Shown: positions 1-11,351, counted from the stretch's first letter. The stretch is DNA of 64,000 nucleotides from Thalassobaculaceae bacterium (GCA_965228875.1 OZ245843.1:2407848-2471847), one strand, 5' to 3'. Translations and numbers: made by a program. Notes: generated by a model from the letters alone, not told the origin.

Positions 1-482
1 GCCGACGCCTTGATCATCACCGGGTAGCCGATCTCGGCGGCGATCCTGGCGGCGTGGTCGGCGTCCTCGATGGTGCCCATGAAGCCGGGGACGGTGCTCA
101 CCCCCGCCTCGTGGGCGATCTTCTTCGAGGTGATCTTGTCGCCCATCGCCTCGATGGCCTTCACGCCGGGGCCGATGAAGGTGATGCCGGCCTTCTCCAG
201 CGCCTCGCAGAAGGCGGCCCGCTCGCTGAGGAAACCGAAGCCTGGATGCACCGCTTCGGCACCGGTCTGCTTGCAGGCCTCGACGATCCTGTCGATCAGC
301 AGGTAGCTCTCGGCGGACGGCGGCGGCCCGAGCCGCACCGCCTCGTCGGCCATGCGCACATGCTTGCCGTCGGCATCGGCGTCGGAATAGACGGCGACGG
401 TGGCGATGCCCATCCGCTTGGCGGTGCGGATGATCCGGCACGCGATCTCGCCGCGGTTGGCGATGAGGATTTTCGAGAACAT
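1..482 (-). CDS. pccA: Propionyl/acetyl-CoA carboxylase biotin carboxylase (alpha) subunit, 5' part (runs off the window)
   Basis: Manual translation from ATG 482 gives [36 protein letters not shown]...HPGFGFLSE...MGDKITSK, the biotin carboxylase N-terminal motifs; adjacent to pccB. Confidence 0.9.
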   Translation of the reverse strand, partial: MFSKILIANRGEIACRIIRTAKRMGIATVAVYSDADADGKHVRMADEAVRLGPPPSAESYLLIDRIVEACKQTGAEAVHPGFGFLSERAAFCEALEKAGITFIGPGVKAIEAMGDKITSKKIAHEAGVSTVPGFMGTIEDADHAARIAAEIGYPVMIKAS

Positions 483-530
483 CTGACGCTCTTCCCTATT
501 CTCCTGCGGCACCCCGTGGGCGCGCGGCCC

Positions 531-2063
531 CTACAGCGGGATATTGTCGTGCTTCTTCCACGGGTTCTCGAGCTGCTTGTCGCGCAGCATGGCCAGCGCG
601 CGGCAGATCCGGCGCCGCGTGTTGTGCGGGCGGATGATGTCGTCGAGATAGCCCCGGCTGGCCGCCACGAACGGGTTGGCGAAGCGCTCGCGGTATTCCT
701 CGGTCCGGGCCTCGATCTTCTGCTCGTCGCCGAGGTCGCCGCGGAAGATGATCTCCACCGCCCCCTTCGGCCCCATCACCGCGATCTCCGCCGTCGGCCA
801 AGCGTAGTTCACGTCGCCGCGCAGGTGTTTGGAGCTCATGACGTCATAGGCGCCGCCGTAGGCCTTACGGGTGATGACCGTCACCTTCGGCACCGTCGCC
901 TCGGCATAGGCGAACAGCAGCTTCGCCCCGTGCTTGATGATTCCGCCGTATTCCTGCGCCGTGCCCGGCAGGAAGCCCGGAACGTCGACGAAGGTGACGA
1001 TCGGAATATTGAAGCAGTCGCAGAACCGCACGAACCGACCGGCCTTCTTGGCGCTCTCGATGTCGAGGCAGCCGGCCAGCACCATCGGCTGGTTGGCGAC
1101 GATGCCGACGGTCGAGCCCTGCATGCGGGCGAAGCCGACGATGATGTTGCCGGCGTAGCCCGGCTGGATCTCGAAGAAGTCGCCCTCGTCCACGACCTTC
1201 AGGATCAGTTCCTTCATGTCGTAGGGCTTGTTCGGGTTCGCCGGCACCAGGCTGTCCAGCGAGTATTCCGGACGGTCCGCCTCGTCGGCGGTCGGCCGCA
1301 CCGGCGGCTGCTCGCGGTTGGAGGAGGGCAGGAAGTCGATGAAGCGCCGCAGGTTCAGCAGCGCCTCGACATCGTTCTCGAAGGCGAGATCGGCGACGCC
1401 GGACTTGGTGGTGTGGGTGACCGCACCGCCCAGTTCCTCGTGGGTGACCGTCTCGTGGGTGACGGTCTTCACCACGTCGGGTCCGGTGACGAACATGTAG
1501 GAGCTGTCCTTCACCATGAAGATGAAGTCGGTCATCGCCGGGGAGTACACCGCACCGCCGGCGCAGGGTCCCATGATCATCGAGATCTGCGGCACCACAC
1601 CCGAGGCCATGACGTTGCGCTGGAACACCTCGGCATAGCCGCCGAGCGAGGCCACGCCCTCCTGGATGCGGGCGCCACCGCTGTCGTTCAGGCCGATGAC
1701 CGGGGCGCCGACCTTCATCGCCTGGTCCATGATCTTGCAGATCTTCTCGGCGTGGGCCTCCGACAGCGAGCCGCCGAACACCGTGAAGTCCTGGCTGAAC
1801 ACGAAGACCAACCGGCCGTTCACCGTGCCCCAGCCGGTGACCACCCCGTCGCCGCGCACTTTCTGCTCGGCCATGCCGAAATCGGTCGAGCGATGCTCGA
1901 CGAACATGTCCCACTCCTCGAAGGAGTCCGGGTCCAGCAGCAGGTCGATCCGCTCCCGCGCCGTCAGCTTGCCCTTGGCGTGTTGTGCGGCGACCCGCTT
2001 CTCGCCGCCGCCTGCCCTGGCCTGCTCCCGCATCTCTTCGAGACGGTGGATGATGTCCTGCAT
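531..2063 (-). CDS. pccB: Propionyl-CoA carboxylase beta (carboxyltransferase) subunit
   Basis: [42 protein letters not shown]-terminal KKHDNIPL; start moved to MQDIIHR. Confidence 0.95.
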   Translation of the reverse strand: MQDIIHRLEEMREQARAGGGEKRVAAQHAKGKLTARERIDLLLDPDSFEEWDMFVEHRSTDFGMAEQKVRGDGVVTGWGTVNGRLVFVFSQDFTVFGGSLSEAHAEKICKIMDQAMKVGAPVIGLNDSGGARIQEGVASLGGYAEVFQRNVMASGVVPQISMIMGPCAGGAVYSPAMTDFIFMVKDSSYMFVTGPDVVKTVTHETVTHEELGGAVTHTTKSGVADLAFENDVEALLNLRRFIDFLPSSNREQPPVRPTADEADRPEYSLDSLVPANPNKPYDMKELILKVVDEGDFFEIQPGYAGNIIVGFARMQGSTVGIVANQPMVLAGCLDIESAKKAGRFVRFCDCFNIPIVTFVDVPGFLPGTAQEYGGIIKHGAKLLFAYAEATVPKVTVITRKAYGGAYDVMSSKHLRGDVNYAWPTAEIAVMGPKGAVEIIFRGDLGDEQKIEARTEEYRERFANPFVAASRGYLDDIIRPHNTRRRICRALAMLRDKQLENPWKKHDNIPL

Positions 2064-2111
2064 CGTCGATGCCCTCACGCGTTTCCCACTCTAGTCCGGT
2101 CGGCGATCCTA

Positions 2112-2813
2112 TCAGTTTTCGCCGGCGAGCAACCCCTTGAAGCGCGCCGCAGCCCGGACCTCGTCCAGCAGACCGCGCCGGCGCTGCTCCGCCTCGCGGT
2201 CCTGTCCCCACTGTTCGACCTGGTAGGACTCGTCGATCTGCGACAGGGCGAACGCCTCCTCGACGGCGAGGTCGCCGTCATGAAAGGCGAGACCAAGCAA
2301 CAGCGAGCCGGTGACCGTGGTGACGGTGTGGAGCGGCGCCAGATGCCAGTCTCCGGCGGCGTCGACCGCGCCGCGCAGCGCCGCAAGCGTCGCCTCGGAC
2401 TGGCGCACCGGCATGATCCCGGCGGTCACCGCGAGCGCGATTCCGAGCCGGGCCTCCGCCCGCTCGCGCCACGGGGTCCAGCGCTCGACCTGGCGGGCGA
2501 CCAGGTCCTCGGGCCCCTCCGCCAGGAAGCACAGCAGGTCGGAGCCGCCGAAGCCGGCGATCTCGTCGACGACGTGGGCGCGCTGGGGCGAGATCCGGTC
2601 GGTCACCGTGGCGGCGAACCCCATCATCGCCATGGTCCGGGGCTCGACCTCCTCGCCCTGGGCATCCCATTCGCCGGCCACCGCCTCGGCGAGCCCGCGG
2701 GTCGGCAGCACCAGCGGCCGCTTGCCGGGGGATCGCAGCGGGCGCCGGTCCAGGGTCACGGCGAACCCACCTGCCTCCGGCTCCACCGCGACGGTCTTGT
2801 AGATGCGTTTCAT
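2112..2813 (-). CDS. ATP12 family F1-ATPase assembly chaperone
   Basis: MKRIYK..V, LDRRPLRSPGK, AVAGEWDAQ, DLLCFLA, QVEQWGQDREA; usual position after the HAD gene in alphaproteobacteria. Confidence 0.9.
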   Translation of the reverse strand: MKRIYKTVAVEPEAGGFAVTLDRRPLRSPGKRPLVLPTRGLAEAVAGEWDAQGEEVEPRTMAMMGFAATVTDRISPQRAHVVDEIAGFGGSDLLCFLAEGPEDLVARQVERWTPWRERAEARLGIALAVTAGIMPVRQSEATLAALRGAVDAAGDWHLAPLHTVTTVTGSLLLGLAFHDGDLAVEEAFALSQIDESYQVEQWGQDREAEQRRRGLLDEVRAAARFKGLLAGEN

Positions 2814-2844
2814 CCGGTTCCCACCTCGTCTTCAGGCCGGCCCC

Positions 2845-3528
2845 TCACGCCGGCGCGATCAGCCGCTCGGCGACCGGGACCAACTGGTCGAAGCTGTCCA
2901 GGATCAGCGCAGAGCCCGCCGCCTGCAGGCGTGCGGCGTCATGATACCCCCAGGAAACGCCGATACCCGCGGCGATCCGGGCATTGCGGGCCATCTCCAT
3001 GTCGAAGCTGGTGTCGCCGACCATGACGGTGCGTCCCGCCTCGCAGCCGGCCTCGGCGACCGCCTCCGCCAGGACCGTCGGATCCGGTTTTCCGGGGCCG
3101 TCATCGGCGGATTTCAGGGTGACGAAACGTCCGCGCAACCCGTGCCCGTCCAGAACCGCCAGCAGGCCGCGTCGGCTCTTGCCCGTGACAACGGCGAGCA
3201 GCCAGCCTGCCGCCTCCAGCGCGTCCAACACCTCAATCGTCCCGGGGAACAGCGGTTCAGGCGCGCCGTCCAGCGATTTGGCCTCGAAATAGGCGTCGCG
3301 ATAGGCCTGACCCAGGCGCTCGACCTGCAGGCCACCGATCCCCGGCGCCAGACGGCGCAGGGCGACCTCCAGCGGCAGACCGACGATCTGACGCACGGCT
3401 CCCGCATCGGGCGGCGCCTCGCCCTCGCGGGCGAAGGCGGCGGCCATGGCGGCCACGATATGGTGCTGACTGTCCACCAGGGTGCCGTCCAGATCGAGGG
3501 CGCAAAGCTTCAGGTCCGCCATCGTCAT
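2845..3528 (-). CDS. HAD-IA family hydrolase (phosphoglycolate phosphatase-like)
   Basis: DLDGTLVDS motif I, VTGKSRRGL, KPDP, MVGDTSFD; ATGA overlap with the rluA-family stop (the ORF track extends this frame upstream spuriously). Confidence 0.9.
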   Translation of the reverse strand: MTMADLKLCALDLDGTLVDSQHHIVAAMAAAFAREGEAPPDAGAVRQIVGLPLEVALRRLAPGIGGLQVERLGQAYRDAYFEAKSLDGAPEPLFPGTIEVLDALEAAGWLLAVVTGKSRRGLLAVLDGHGLRGRFVTLKSADDGPGKPDPTVLAEAVAEAGCEAGRTVMVGDTSFDMEMARNARIAAGIGVSWGYHDAARLQAAGSALILDSFDQLVPVAERLIAPA

Positions 3529-4511
3529 TCCTCGAACGGGGCGAAGGGCGACCCGTCGACTTCCGGCGACAGGCCGAAGAACTCGAACGATCGGGTCATA
3601 TGGTCCTGCAGCGGCGCCACGACCTCGACCGGTACGCCGTCCTCGTCGGGGATGCGGATGGCGCGGGCGTGCAGGTGTAGCTTGCGGCTGACCCCCTCGC
3701 CCTGCAGGAAGGCGTCGGCGCCGCCGTACTTCCCGTCGCCCAGGATCGGCGTTCCGAGCGCCGCCATATGGACGCGGAGCTGGTGGGTCCGGCCGGTCAC
3801 CGGCGACAGGGCGACCAGCGCTGCGCGGCGGCCGAGCTTCTCCAGGGTGACGTAGCGGGTCAGCGCCGACTGGCCGTTCTCCTGATCCACCGCCATCTTC
3901 TCCCCGGCCTTGCCCGGCAGTTTGGCCATCGGCAGTTCGATCTGGCCATTGGTCGGTTTCGGCTCGCCGACCACCAGCGCCCAGTAGATCTTCATCGCCG
4001 ACTTGGCGCGGAAGGCATGGGTCAGCCGGCGGGCGGCGCGCTGGGTGCGGGCCAGCACCAGGACTCCGGAGGTATCCTTGTCCAGCCGATGGACCAGCCG
4101 GGGCCGCTCGCCGAAGCCAAAGCGCAGGCTGTCGAGCGCGCCGTCGATATGCTTGGTCGTGCCGGACCCGCCCTGCACCGCGAGGCCGGCGGGCTTGTTG
4201 ATCGCGATCATCTCGTCGTCGCGATACAGAACCGCGTCCCGCAGAGCCTCGCCGGTCTGCGTGTCGGCGCTCCGCGGAGCCGCCGGAACCGGTTGTGGGG
4301 TGTCGGAGAGCGGCGGAATGCGAACGGCCTGCCCCGCCTCCAGCCGCTGATTGGCCTTCGCGCGCCTGCCGTCGACCCGGACCTGACCGGTGCGCAGCAG
4401 CTTCGAGAGCTGGCCATGGCCCACGGCCGGGAAGTGCCGCTTGAACCAGCGGTCCAGGCGCTGGTCGGCCTCGTCCCGCGCCACCACCCGGGTCTCGACC
4501 TGTGCGCTCAT
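3525..4511 (-). CDS. RluA/RluC family 23S rRNA pseudouridine synthase
   Basis: S4 domain QRLDRWF..GQVRVDG, NKPAGLAVQGG, catalytic HRLDKDTSG, TGRTHQLRVH; start MSAQVETR overlaps the crcB stop. Confidence 0.93.
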   Translation of the reverse strand: MSAQVETRVVARDEADQRLDRWFKRHFPAVGHGQLSKLLRTGQVRVDGRRAKANQRLEAGQAVRIPPLSDTPQPVPAAPRSADTQTGEALRDAVLYRDDEMIAINKPAGLAVQGGSGTTKHIDGALDSLRFGFGERPRLVHRLDKDTSGVLVLARTQRAARRLTHAFRAKSAMKIYWALVVGEPKPTNGQIELPMAKLPGKAGEKMAVDQENGQSALTRYVTLEKLGRRAALVALSPVTGRTHQLRVHMAALGTPILGDGKYGGADAFLQGEGVSRKLHLHARAIRIPDEDGVPVEVVAPLQDHMTRSFEFFGLSPEVDGSPFAPFEE

Positions 4512-4888
4512 GCCAGCGCCATGCGGACGACCGCGAGTCCGAGGAACAGGGCCAGGATCGACAGTCCCACCGAGCTGGCAACATACGCACCGGCCGCCAG
4601 TGTTGCGCCGCGATGCCAGAGCGTCGCCACGTCCAGCGAGAAGGAAGAGAACGTCGTGAACCCGCCCAGCAGCCCGAACACGATGAAGGCGCGGGTCTCC
4701 TGCGAGAAGTTCAGCTTGAGGGCGCCAAGCTCGATCAACAATCCCATCAGGAACGACCCGGCGATGTTCACCGCCATCGTGCCCCACGGGAAACCGTGCC
4801 CGGCCAGGTGCGTGACCAGGCCGACCGCCTTGTACCGGGCGACCGCGCCGACCGCGCCGCCGAGGGCCACTGCGAGAAGCATCTTCAT
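4508..4888 (-). CDS. crcB: Fluoride efflux channel Fluc/CrcB
   Basis: 126 aa, GGAVGAVARY, FPWGTMAVN, GLLGGFTTFSSF. Confidence 0.95.
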   Translation of the reverse strand: MKMLLAVALGGAVGAVARYKAVGLVTHLAGHGFPWGTMAVNIAGSFLMGLLIELGALKLNFSQETRAFIVFGLLGGFTTFSSFSLDVATLWHRGATLAAGAYVASSVGLSILALFLGLAVVRMALA

Positions 4889-4903
4889 GGTCGCCGGCTT
4901 ATC

Positions 4904-5764
4904 TCAGGTGGCGCCGAATATCCAGCCCTCGCGCCGCGACTCGGGTTGACCGGCCGGCGCCGACCACACCGCCGGGACGGTCGACAGCGCCCTCAGCGCG
5001 GCGGCGGACAGGACCGCGTCCACCTTGTCCTCTGTGTCCAGGTCCGGACCGGTGTATGGCGCGCTGCCATAGGCGGCGAGGGTGGCGTCGATGCGGCCCG
5101 GGTCCTCGACGAGCTTCTCCGCCTTCACTCCCGCCTTGCGGACATAGAGCTTGGGATAGATCTCCGCGACCGTGACCCGGGACGGCGGGGCGAAGGGCCA
5201 TACCGCCACCCGGGTGTGCAACCGGTGCAGCAGTCGCATGCCGGCAAGCGATCCCGTGCCGACATTGGCGGCGGAGAACACCTTGAAGACGGGGTGGGGT
5301 TGCGCATCCGACGATGCCGCCAGTTCCGTCACCCGCCGGCGTTCGCGGAAGCTCGGCGGGCGCGGTCCCCCGGTCCAGTAGTGATCGCCGACCGGCGATC
5401 CCGGATCGCGGTACAGGGCGCCGCCATAGAGATCGGGCGCGTCGCCGGAATGCGCCTCGACGAACGCCCAGAGACCGGTAGCCTCATCCGGACCGCCCTC
5501 CAGCCCCGGGAAATAGGCGCCGCGGTCGGCGAAGGCGTAGGCAAAGGCGAAATCGATGCCGACCAGGGTCGGCACGTCGCGCAGGTCGAGGATCAGGTCG
5601 GCGACCGCCTCCCGCGACCAGAACCCGCCATCGCCGGGCAGCAGCAGCTCCGGCGCCGCCCCGCCGGCTTGGCAGACCGCCACCTGGATGCCTTTGAGCC
5701 GCTTCTGCCGGGCGCCGGACCAGTCGATGGCCACGAACCGATCGAAGGCCGGCGGCCGGGTCAT
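4904..5764 (-). CDS. Hypothetical protein, probable RNase H-fold nuclease (DUF429-like)
   Basis: Acidic motifs VAIDWSG, VGIDFAF, AEIYP, DKVDA; ATGA overlap with the rarA stop. Confidence 0.6.
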   Translation of the reverse strand: MTRPPAFDRFVAIDWSGARQKRLKGIQVAVCQAGGAAPELLLPGDGGFWSREAVADLILDLRDVPTLVGIDFAFAYAFADRGAYFPGLEGGPDEATGLWAFVEAHSGDAPDLYGGALYRDPGSPVGDHYWTGGPRPPSFRERRRVTELAASSDAQPHPVFKVFSAANVGTGSLAGMRLLHRLHTRVAVWPFAPPSRVTVAEIYPKLYVRKAGVKAEKLVEDPGRIDATLAAYGSAPYTGPDLDTEDKVDAVLSAAALRALSTVPAVWSAPAGQPESRREGWIFGAT

Positions 5765-7059
5765 TCCTCGTCGCCCTGGCGGCGCTTGTCTCGGAGCTTG
5801 TCGAAATAGTCGATGCGCTTGCGGATCTCGCGCTCAAAACCACGCTCCACCGGCGTGTAGAAACGCTGGCGCGGCATGCCGTCGGGGAAATAGTTCTGGC
5901 CGGAGAACCCGTCCTCGGCATCGTGATCGTAGGCGTAGCCGGCGCCGTAACCGAGATCCTGCATGAGCTTGGTCGGCGCGTTCAGAATATGCGCCGGCGG
6001 CATCAGCGAACCCGTATCCCTGGCCGCACGCTTCGCAATGCCATGCGCCTTGTACCCGGCATTGGATTTCGGCGCGGTGGCGAGATAGATCGCCAACTGG
6101 CTGAGCGCCAGGTCTCCTTCGGGCGAACCGAGCCTGTCGTAGGTCTCCCAGCAGGCGATGGCCTGGGACACAGCCGACGGATCGGCCATGCCCACGTCCT
6201 CGATGGCGAAACGCGTGAGGCGGCGCAGGATGTATGCCGGGTCCTCGCCCCCCGCGAGCATCCGCGCGAGCCAGTAGAGTGCAGCGTCCGGATCCGAGCC
6301 GCGCATCGACTTGTGCAGGGCGCTGATCAGGTTGTAGTGCTCTTCGCGGTTCTTGTCGTAGACCGGCGCGCGGCGGTTGACGCCCGCCGCCACACCGGCG
6401 GCATCCAACGGCGCATGCGGCGCCAGTTCGAAGACCTCCTCGGCCATGTTCAGCAGGAACCGGCCATCGCCATCGGCCATGGCACGCAGGGTGGCGCGCC
6501 CGTCCTCGGTCACCGGCAGCGGCCGTCCCTCCTCCTCCGCCGCCCGGTCGAGCAGCCGGTCCAGTGCGGCGTCGTCCAGACGGCGCAGCACGAAGACCTG
6601 AGCGCGGGACAGCAGCGCTGCGTTAAGCTCGAAGCTGGGGTTCTCGGTGGTCGCGCCGACCAGGGTGACCGTCCCGTCCTCGACGACCGGCAGGAATCCG
6701 TCCTGCTGCGCCCGGTTGAAACGGTGGATCTCGTCGACGAACAGCAGCGTGCCGCGCCCGGAGGCCCGAAGACCGCGCGCCCGTTCGAACGCCTTCTTCA
6801 GGTCGGCGACGCCGGAGAACACGGCGGAGAGGGGCACGAACTCGAGATCGGCCTTCTCCGACAGCAGACGGGCAACGGTGGTCTTGCCGCAGCCGGGCGG
6901 CCCCCAGAGGATCATCGAGGCGAGCCGGCCCTTGGCCAGCATGCGGCCGATCGGCCCTTCCGGACCCAGCAGGTGGTCCTGGCCGACCACGTCCTCCAGC
7001 CGCGCCGGGCGGAGACGGTCGGCGAGTGGTCGCGGGGCCTGGCTCTCGAAGAGGCTCAT
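5761..7059 (-). CDS. rarA: Replication-associated recombination protein A (MgsA) AAA+ ATPase
   Basis: PLADRLRP, WGPPGCGKTT, DEIHRFNRAQQD, GATTENPSF, ISALHKSMRGSD, PKSNA. Confidence 0.96.
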   Translation of the reverse strand: MSLFESQAPRPLADRLRPARLEDVVGQDHLLGPEGPIGRMLAKGRLASMILWGPPGCGKTTVARLLSEKADLEFVPLSAVFSGVADLKKAFERARGLRASGRGTLLFVDEIHRFNRAQQDGFLPVVEDGTVTLVGATTENPSFELNAALLSRAQVFVLRRLDDAALDRLLDRAAEEEGRPLPVTEDGRATLRAMADGDGRFLLNMAEEVFELAPHAPLDAAGVAAGVNRRAPVYDKNREEHYNLISALHKSMRGSDPDAALYWLARMLAGGEDPAYILRRLTRFAIEDVGMADPSAVSQAIACWETYDRLGSPEGDLALSQLAIYLATAPKSNAGYKAHGIAKRAARDTGSLMPPAHILNAPTKLMQDLGYGAGYAYDHDAEDGFSGQNYFPDGMPRQRFYTPVERGFEREIRKRIDYFDKLRDKRRQGDEE

Positions 7060-7068
7060 GCGGCCGCC

Positions 7069-8517
7069 CTAACCCTGGACACGCGTGGTGAGCACCTTGC
7101 CGTCGCGACGGATCGACAGCTCCCATCCGCCGCGTCGGTCCGACAGCACGCGCCGCAGGTCGCCGACGCTGTCGATGTCCACGCCGTTGACGCGCACGAT
7201 CACGTCGCCCCGGCGCAGGCCGATCTGGTCGGCGGCCGATCCCCGGCGCAGCCCGAGAACCACGACGCCCCGGGCCATCTCGTCGAAGCTCTCGCGGATC
7301 GCCAGCGCCGGCGAGAGATTGGCCACGCGGCTGCCGGAGAACGGGTGGCGCCCGGACAGGTCGGCCACGTCCGCCGGCGGATCCTCCGCCGGGGGCTCCA
7401 TCGCCAGGGCAAGGTCCCGCTGCGCGCCGCCGCGCACGATGCGGATCGACACATCCTCGCCCGGCGCGCGGGTGGCCACCCGGTAGCGCAGGGCCCCGCT
7501 GTCGACCACCTCGCGCCCGTCGATGGCGACGATCACGTCGCCCGGCTCAATCCCGGCCCGCTCCGCCGGGCCGTCGGGATAGATGGCGTTCACCAGGGCG
7601 CCGACCGGACGTTTCAGCCCAAGGCCGTCGGCGAGTTCGGGGGTCACCGTCTGGGTGCGGGCGCCGAGCCAGGGACGCACCACCGCACCGTCGCGCGCGG
7701 CCCGAAGCACGGTGGCCACCATGTTCGATGGCACCGCGAACCCGATGCCGACCGACCCGCCGCCGCCCGGCCCCCGCTTGTTGGAGTAGATCGCAGTGTT
7801 GACTCCCACCAGGCGACCGTCGGTGCCGATCAGCGCGCCGCCGGAGTTCCCAGGGTTGATCGACGCGTCGGTCTGGATGAAGAAGCTGTAGTCGGTGATG
7901 CCGACATTGGTGCGTGCGAGTGCCGAGACGATCCCCATCGTCACGGTCTGGCCGACACCGAACGGGTTTCCGATCGCCAGCACCAGGTCGCCCACCTCCA
8001 GGTCGTCGGAATCCTCGAACCGGACAAAGGGGAGAGGCTCGTCCACGCCATCGATCGCCAGCACCGCCAGGTCGGTGTCGGGATCCGCCAGGATCAGCCG
8101 CGCCTTGAACTCCCGCCGGTCATTCAGCACGACAGTGATCTCGTCGGCCCCTTCGATGACGTGATTGTTCGTCACCACCGTGCCGTCGGCGTCGACGATC
8201 ACGCCGGAACCGAGCGAGGTCGCTTCGCGCCTGCGCTGCGGCAACGACGGCACCAGATCGCCGAAGAACCGCTTGAAGAACGGGTCGTCGAACAGAGGGG
8301 AGATCCCACGCCGCTCGGCGACGACGGTGCGGGTGTACACGTTGACGACGGCGGGTCCGACCTCGCGCACCAGAGGTGCGAAACTGAGCGTGATCTCGCC
8401 GCGGTCGCGGGGCACCACGTCGTCCGCCGCCCCGCGCGGCGCCGCAACAAGCGCCAGCACGCAGAATCCCGCAACCGCACACAAAGCCCGCAATCCCGAG
8501 ACCCGAGTAATCGTCAT
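7069..8517 (-). CDS. Do/DegQ family periplasmic serine endoprotease with two PDZ domains
   Basis: Signal peptide, [24 protein letters not shown], two PDZ-like repeats; GGAG RBS before ATG 8517. Confidence 0.93.
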   Translation of the reverse strand: MTITRVSGLRALCAVAGFCVLALVAAPRGAADDVVPRDRGEITLSFAPLVREVGPAVVNVYTRTVVAERRGISPLFDDPFFKRFFGDLVPSLPQRRREATSLGSGVIVDADGTVVTNNHVIEGADEITVVLNDRREFKARLILADPDTDLAVLAIDGVDEPLPFVRFEDSDDLEVGDLVLAIGNPFGVGQTVTMGIVSALARTNVGITDYSFFIQTDASINPGNSGGALIGTDGRLVGVNTAIYSNKRGPGGGGSVGIGFAVPSNMVATVLRAARDGAVVRPWLGARTQTVTPELADGLGLKRPVGALVNAIYPDGPAERAGIEPGDVIVAIDGREVVDSGALRYRVATRAPGEDVSIRIVRGGAQRDLALAMEPPAEDPPADVADLSGRHPFSGSRVANLSPALAIRESFDEMARGVVVLGLRRGSAADQIGLRRGDVIVRVNGVDIDSVGDLRRVLSDRRGGWELSIRRDGKVLTTRVQG

Positions 8518-8652
8518 CGGTCTCCGCACCCTTCCAGTCTTGTTGTCGCGCCGAACAGCTGTGTTAGGCTTCCCAATCTAGGGAGTCCAGCCGCAGGCGC
8601 CAGAGGGCGCGGCAGAGCGGGGATGACCGCGATGGAAAAAGGGGGGCGCGGG

Positions 8653-9798
8653 ATGACTGACGCGCCGAAGCCTCGGAACAGGCCCCTGGACCGCGCCCGC
8701 CGGGCCGCCCAGGAGATTGCCGACCAGATCCCGGAGCCGACCGACCTGGCCGCCGCCCGAACGGCGTTCCAGCACCTGCTGGACGTGGCGGAGCGGTATC
8801 CGGAGACGGACGGCCTGATCCGGGTCGCAGTCTGCGGCGCCACCCGGTACATGGCGATCGGCCGACGGATCGGCGACATCGCGATGGTACGGGACGCGCA
8901 CCTGTTCCTGGCGATGCTGTCGCTGCGGGACGACCAGGATCCCCTGCCCCATCGGGCATTCGCCGAGGCATCGATCGACCTGATGCTGGTCGAGGCACAG
9001 CAGACCGGTTTTCCGCGCGCGCTGGACACATACATGACGGTGGTGGCGATCAGTCGGGCGCGCAGCAACGATCCCGACATCGCCTGCACCCACGCCAAGG
9101 GCGCCGCAAACCTCGTGGCCCTCGCCCTCGAGGCCGACGCACCGGCGGAAGCCGACCGGGCACTCGCCGATCTGGCCCGCCTCGAGGCCGCGCAGCCGCA
9201 CACCCTGCCGGTCCGACAGCAGCGCGGACGCGGCCTTTTCAATCGCGTCGCCCATGCGGCCCGGCGAACTGAACGCGAGGACATCGCCCTGGACGTCACC
9301 GGATTGTCGGAGCTGGCGGACCTGATCGAGGTCGCCCGCCGATCGCCGGTCGATGCCGATCTGGTCGAGCTCGCGGCCGAGGGCATCTTCGCTTTCGTGA
9401 CCGGTCTCGGCACACGCGGCGAGATCGAACTCGCCCGCAGACACTACGAGGATCTGGCCGCCCTGGCCCAACTGCCGGAATCCAGCGCGGGCGTGCGCCG
9501 GCGGCTGGCCGACGCGGCCTTCAACCTGATCACCGACCTGTGCGAAATGAACGAACCCGACGTCGCCACGGTGCTCTATGGCGACCTTTCCGGCCTGTCC
9601 GTCGCCCATGACGACGACCGGTCGATCTGCCTGGCCCACGCCAAGGCCGCGGCAAACCTGGCCCTGACCCACCGCGACCGCGGCGACCACGCGGCGGCGG
9701 AAATCATCTGCGACGACCTGCGCGGCATCGTCCTCGCCAATCCGGACGACATGGAGCTTCTGGAGGTCGCCACCTTCCTGGATCTGGCGGACAGTTGA
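8653..9798 (+). CDS. Hypothetical alpha-helical (TPR-like) repeat protein
   Basis: Only gene-like ORF between degQ and rplQ; purine-rich RBS before ATG 8653; recurring AxxxxNL-type helical motif. Confidence 0.7.
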   Translation: MTDAPKPRNRPLDRARRAAQEIADQIPEPTDLAAARTAFQHLLDVAERYPETDGLIRVAVCGATRYMAIGRRIGDIAMVRDAHLFLAMLSLRDDQDPLPHRAFAEASIDLMLVEAQQTGFPRALDTYMTVVAISRARSNDPDIACTHAKGAANLVALALEADAPAEADRALADLARLEAAQPHTLPVRQQRGRGLFNRVAHAARRTEREDIALDVTGLSELADLIEVARRSPVDADLVELAAEGIFAFVTGLGTRGEIELARRHYEDLAALAQLPESSAGVRRRLADAAFNLITDLCEMNEPDVATVLYGDLSGLSVAHDDDRSICLAHAKAAANLALTHRDRGDHAAAEIICDDLRGIVLANPDDMELLEVATFLDLADS

Positions 9799-9807
9799 GC
9801 GTCCACG

Positions 9808-9833
9808 AAAAAGGGCGGCCCGAAGGCCGCCCC
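9808..9833 (-). terminator. Rho-independent terminator of the alpha operon (after rplQ)
   Basis: GGGCGGCC-TTCG-GGCCGCCC stem followed by T5 on the minus strand. Confidence 0.8.
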
Positions 9834-9857
9834 GTTCTCAACGCAGTCGCCTGACGG

Positions 9858-10295
9858 TCAGATGGCCGCCGGCATCGCCGCGCCGTATTCCTCTTCGACC
9901 ACCTGGACCGGACCCGAATCCTGACCACGGGCATCCTCGTCGCGATCGACCAGTTCGATGACCGCCATCGGGGCGGCATCGCCGTAGCGGAACCCGGCCT
10001 TGAGCACGCGGGTGTAACCGCCCGGACGCTCCTTGTAGCGGTCGGCCAGAACCTCGAACAGCTTGCGGGTCATCGCGTCGTCGCGCAGCTTGTTGAACAC
10101 AAGCCGACGGGCGTGCAGGTCGCCCCGCTTGGCCAGCGTGATCATCTTCTCGACCACCGGGCGCAGTTCCTTCGCCTTCGGCAGCGTTGTGACGATCTGC
10201 TCGTGCTTGATCAGGGCCGCTGCCATGTTCTTGAACATCGCCTTGCGGTGGGCCGCCGTGCGATGCAGCTTGCGGCCGCTATTGCCGTGACGCAT
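9858..10295 (-). CDS. rplQ: 50S ribosomal protein L17
   Basis: [36 protein letters not shown]. Confidence 0.98.
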   Translation of the reverse strand: MRHGNSGRKLHRTAAHRKAMFKNMAAALIKHEQIVTTLPKAKELRPVVEKMITLAKRGDLHARRLVFNKLRDDAMTRKLFEVLADRYKERPGGYTRVLKAGFRYGDAAPMAVIELVDRDEDARGQDSGPVQVVEEEYGAAMPAAI

Positions 10296-10334
10296 CTCTC
10301 GATCTCCTCGTTCTCGCCTGGTCTACCGCGCGCC

Positions 10335-11351
10335 TCAGAAAGGCTCTTCCAGACGCTTGGCCAGTTCCTCGATGTTCTCCGGCGGCCAGTTGGTGATTTC
10401 CATGCCAAGCGACAGCCCCATCGAGGCCAGCACTTCCTTGATCTCGTTCAGCGACTTGCGCCCGAAGTTCGGCGTGCGCAGCATCTCCGGCTCGGTCTTC
10501 TGAACCAGGTCGCCGATATAGACGATGTTGTCGTTCTTCAGGCAGTTCGCCGAGCGGACCGACAGCTCCAGCTCGTCGACCTTGCGCAGCAGGTTCTTGT
10601 TGAACGGCAGATCGTGGGTCTCTTCCTCGGCGCCGCGCTGTGTCGGCTCCTCGAAATTGATGAACAGCTGCAACTGGTCCTGAAGGATGCGCGCGGCGTA
10701 GGCCACGGCGTCGTCCGGCGTCAGCGAGCCGTCGGTCTCGACGGTCATCGACAGCTTGTCGTAGTCCGTCACCTGCCCGACGCGGGTGTTGTCCACCTTG
10801 TAGGCGACCTGCCGCACCGGGCTGAAAATCGCGTCCACCGGGATCAGGCCGATCGGCGCGTCCTCCGGACGGTTCGCCGACGCCGGGACGTACCCCTTGC
10901 CGGTCTCGACCGTCAGTTCCATCGACAGGGTGGCGTCGCGGTCCAGCGTGCAGATCACGTGATCCGGGTTCATGATCTCGATGTCGGAGACGGTCTCGAT
11001 CTGACCCGCGGTGACCTCGCCCGGCCCTTCGGCCTTCAGGCGCATCTTCTTCGGGCCTTCGCCATGCATCCGGATGGCGACCGCCTTGATGTTCAGCACC
11101 ATGTCGGTCACGTCCTCGCGCACGCCCGGCACGCTCGAGAACTCGTGCAGAACGCCGTCGATCTGGATCGCGGTGACTGCCGCACCCTGAAGAGACGACA
11201 GCAGCACGCGTCGCAGCGCGTTACCCAGCGTGAGGCCGAAGCCCCGCTCCAGCGGCTCAGCGACGATGGTGGCCTTGCGCTTGGGGTCGTAGCCCGCCTG
11301 GACATCGAGCTTGTTCGGCTTAATCAACGTCTGCCAGTTCTTTTGAATCAC
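10335..11351 (-). CDS. rpoA: RNA polymerase alpha subunit
   Basis: [41 protein letters not shown] start. Confidence 0.99.
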   Translation of the reverse strand: MIQKNWQTLIKPNKLDVQAGYDPKRKATIVAEPLERGFGLTLGNALRRVLLSSLQGAAVTAIQIDGVLHEFSSVPGVREDVTDMVLNIKAVAIRMHGEGPKKMRLKAEGPGEVTAGQIETVSDIEIMNPDHVICTLDRDATLSMELTVETGKGYVPASANRPEDAPIGLIPVDAIFSPVRQVAYKVDNTRVGQVTDYDKLSMTVETDGSLTPDDAVAYAARILQDQLQLFINFEEPTQRGAEEETHDLPFNKNLLRKVDELELSVRSANCLKNDNIVYIGDLVQKTEPEMLRTPNFGRKSLNEIKEVLASMGLSLGMEITNWPPENIEELAKRLEEPF

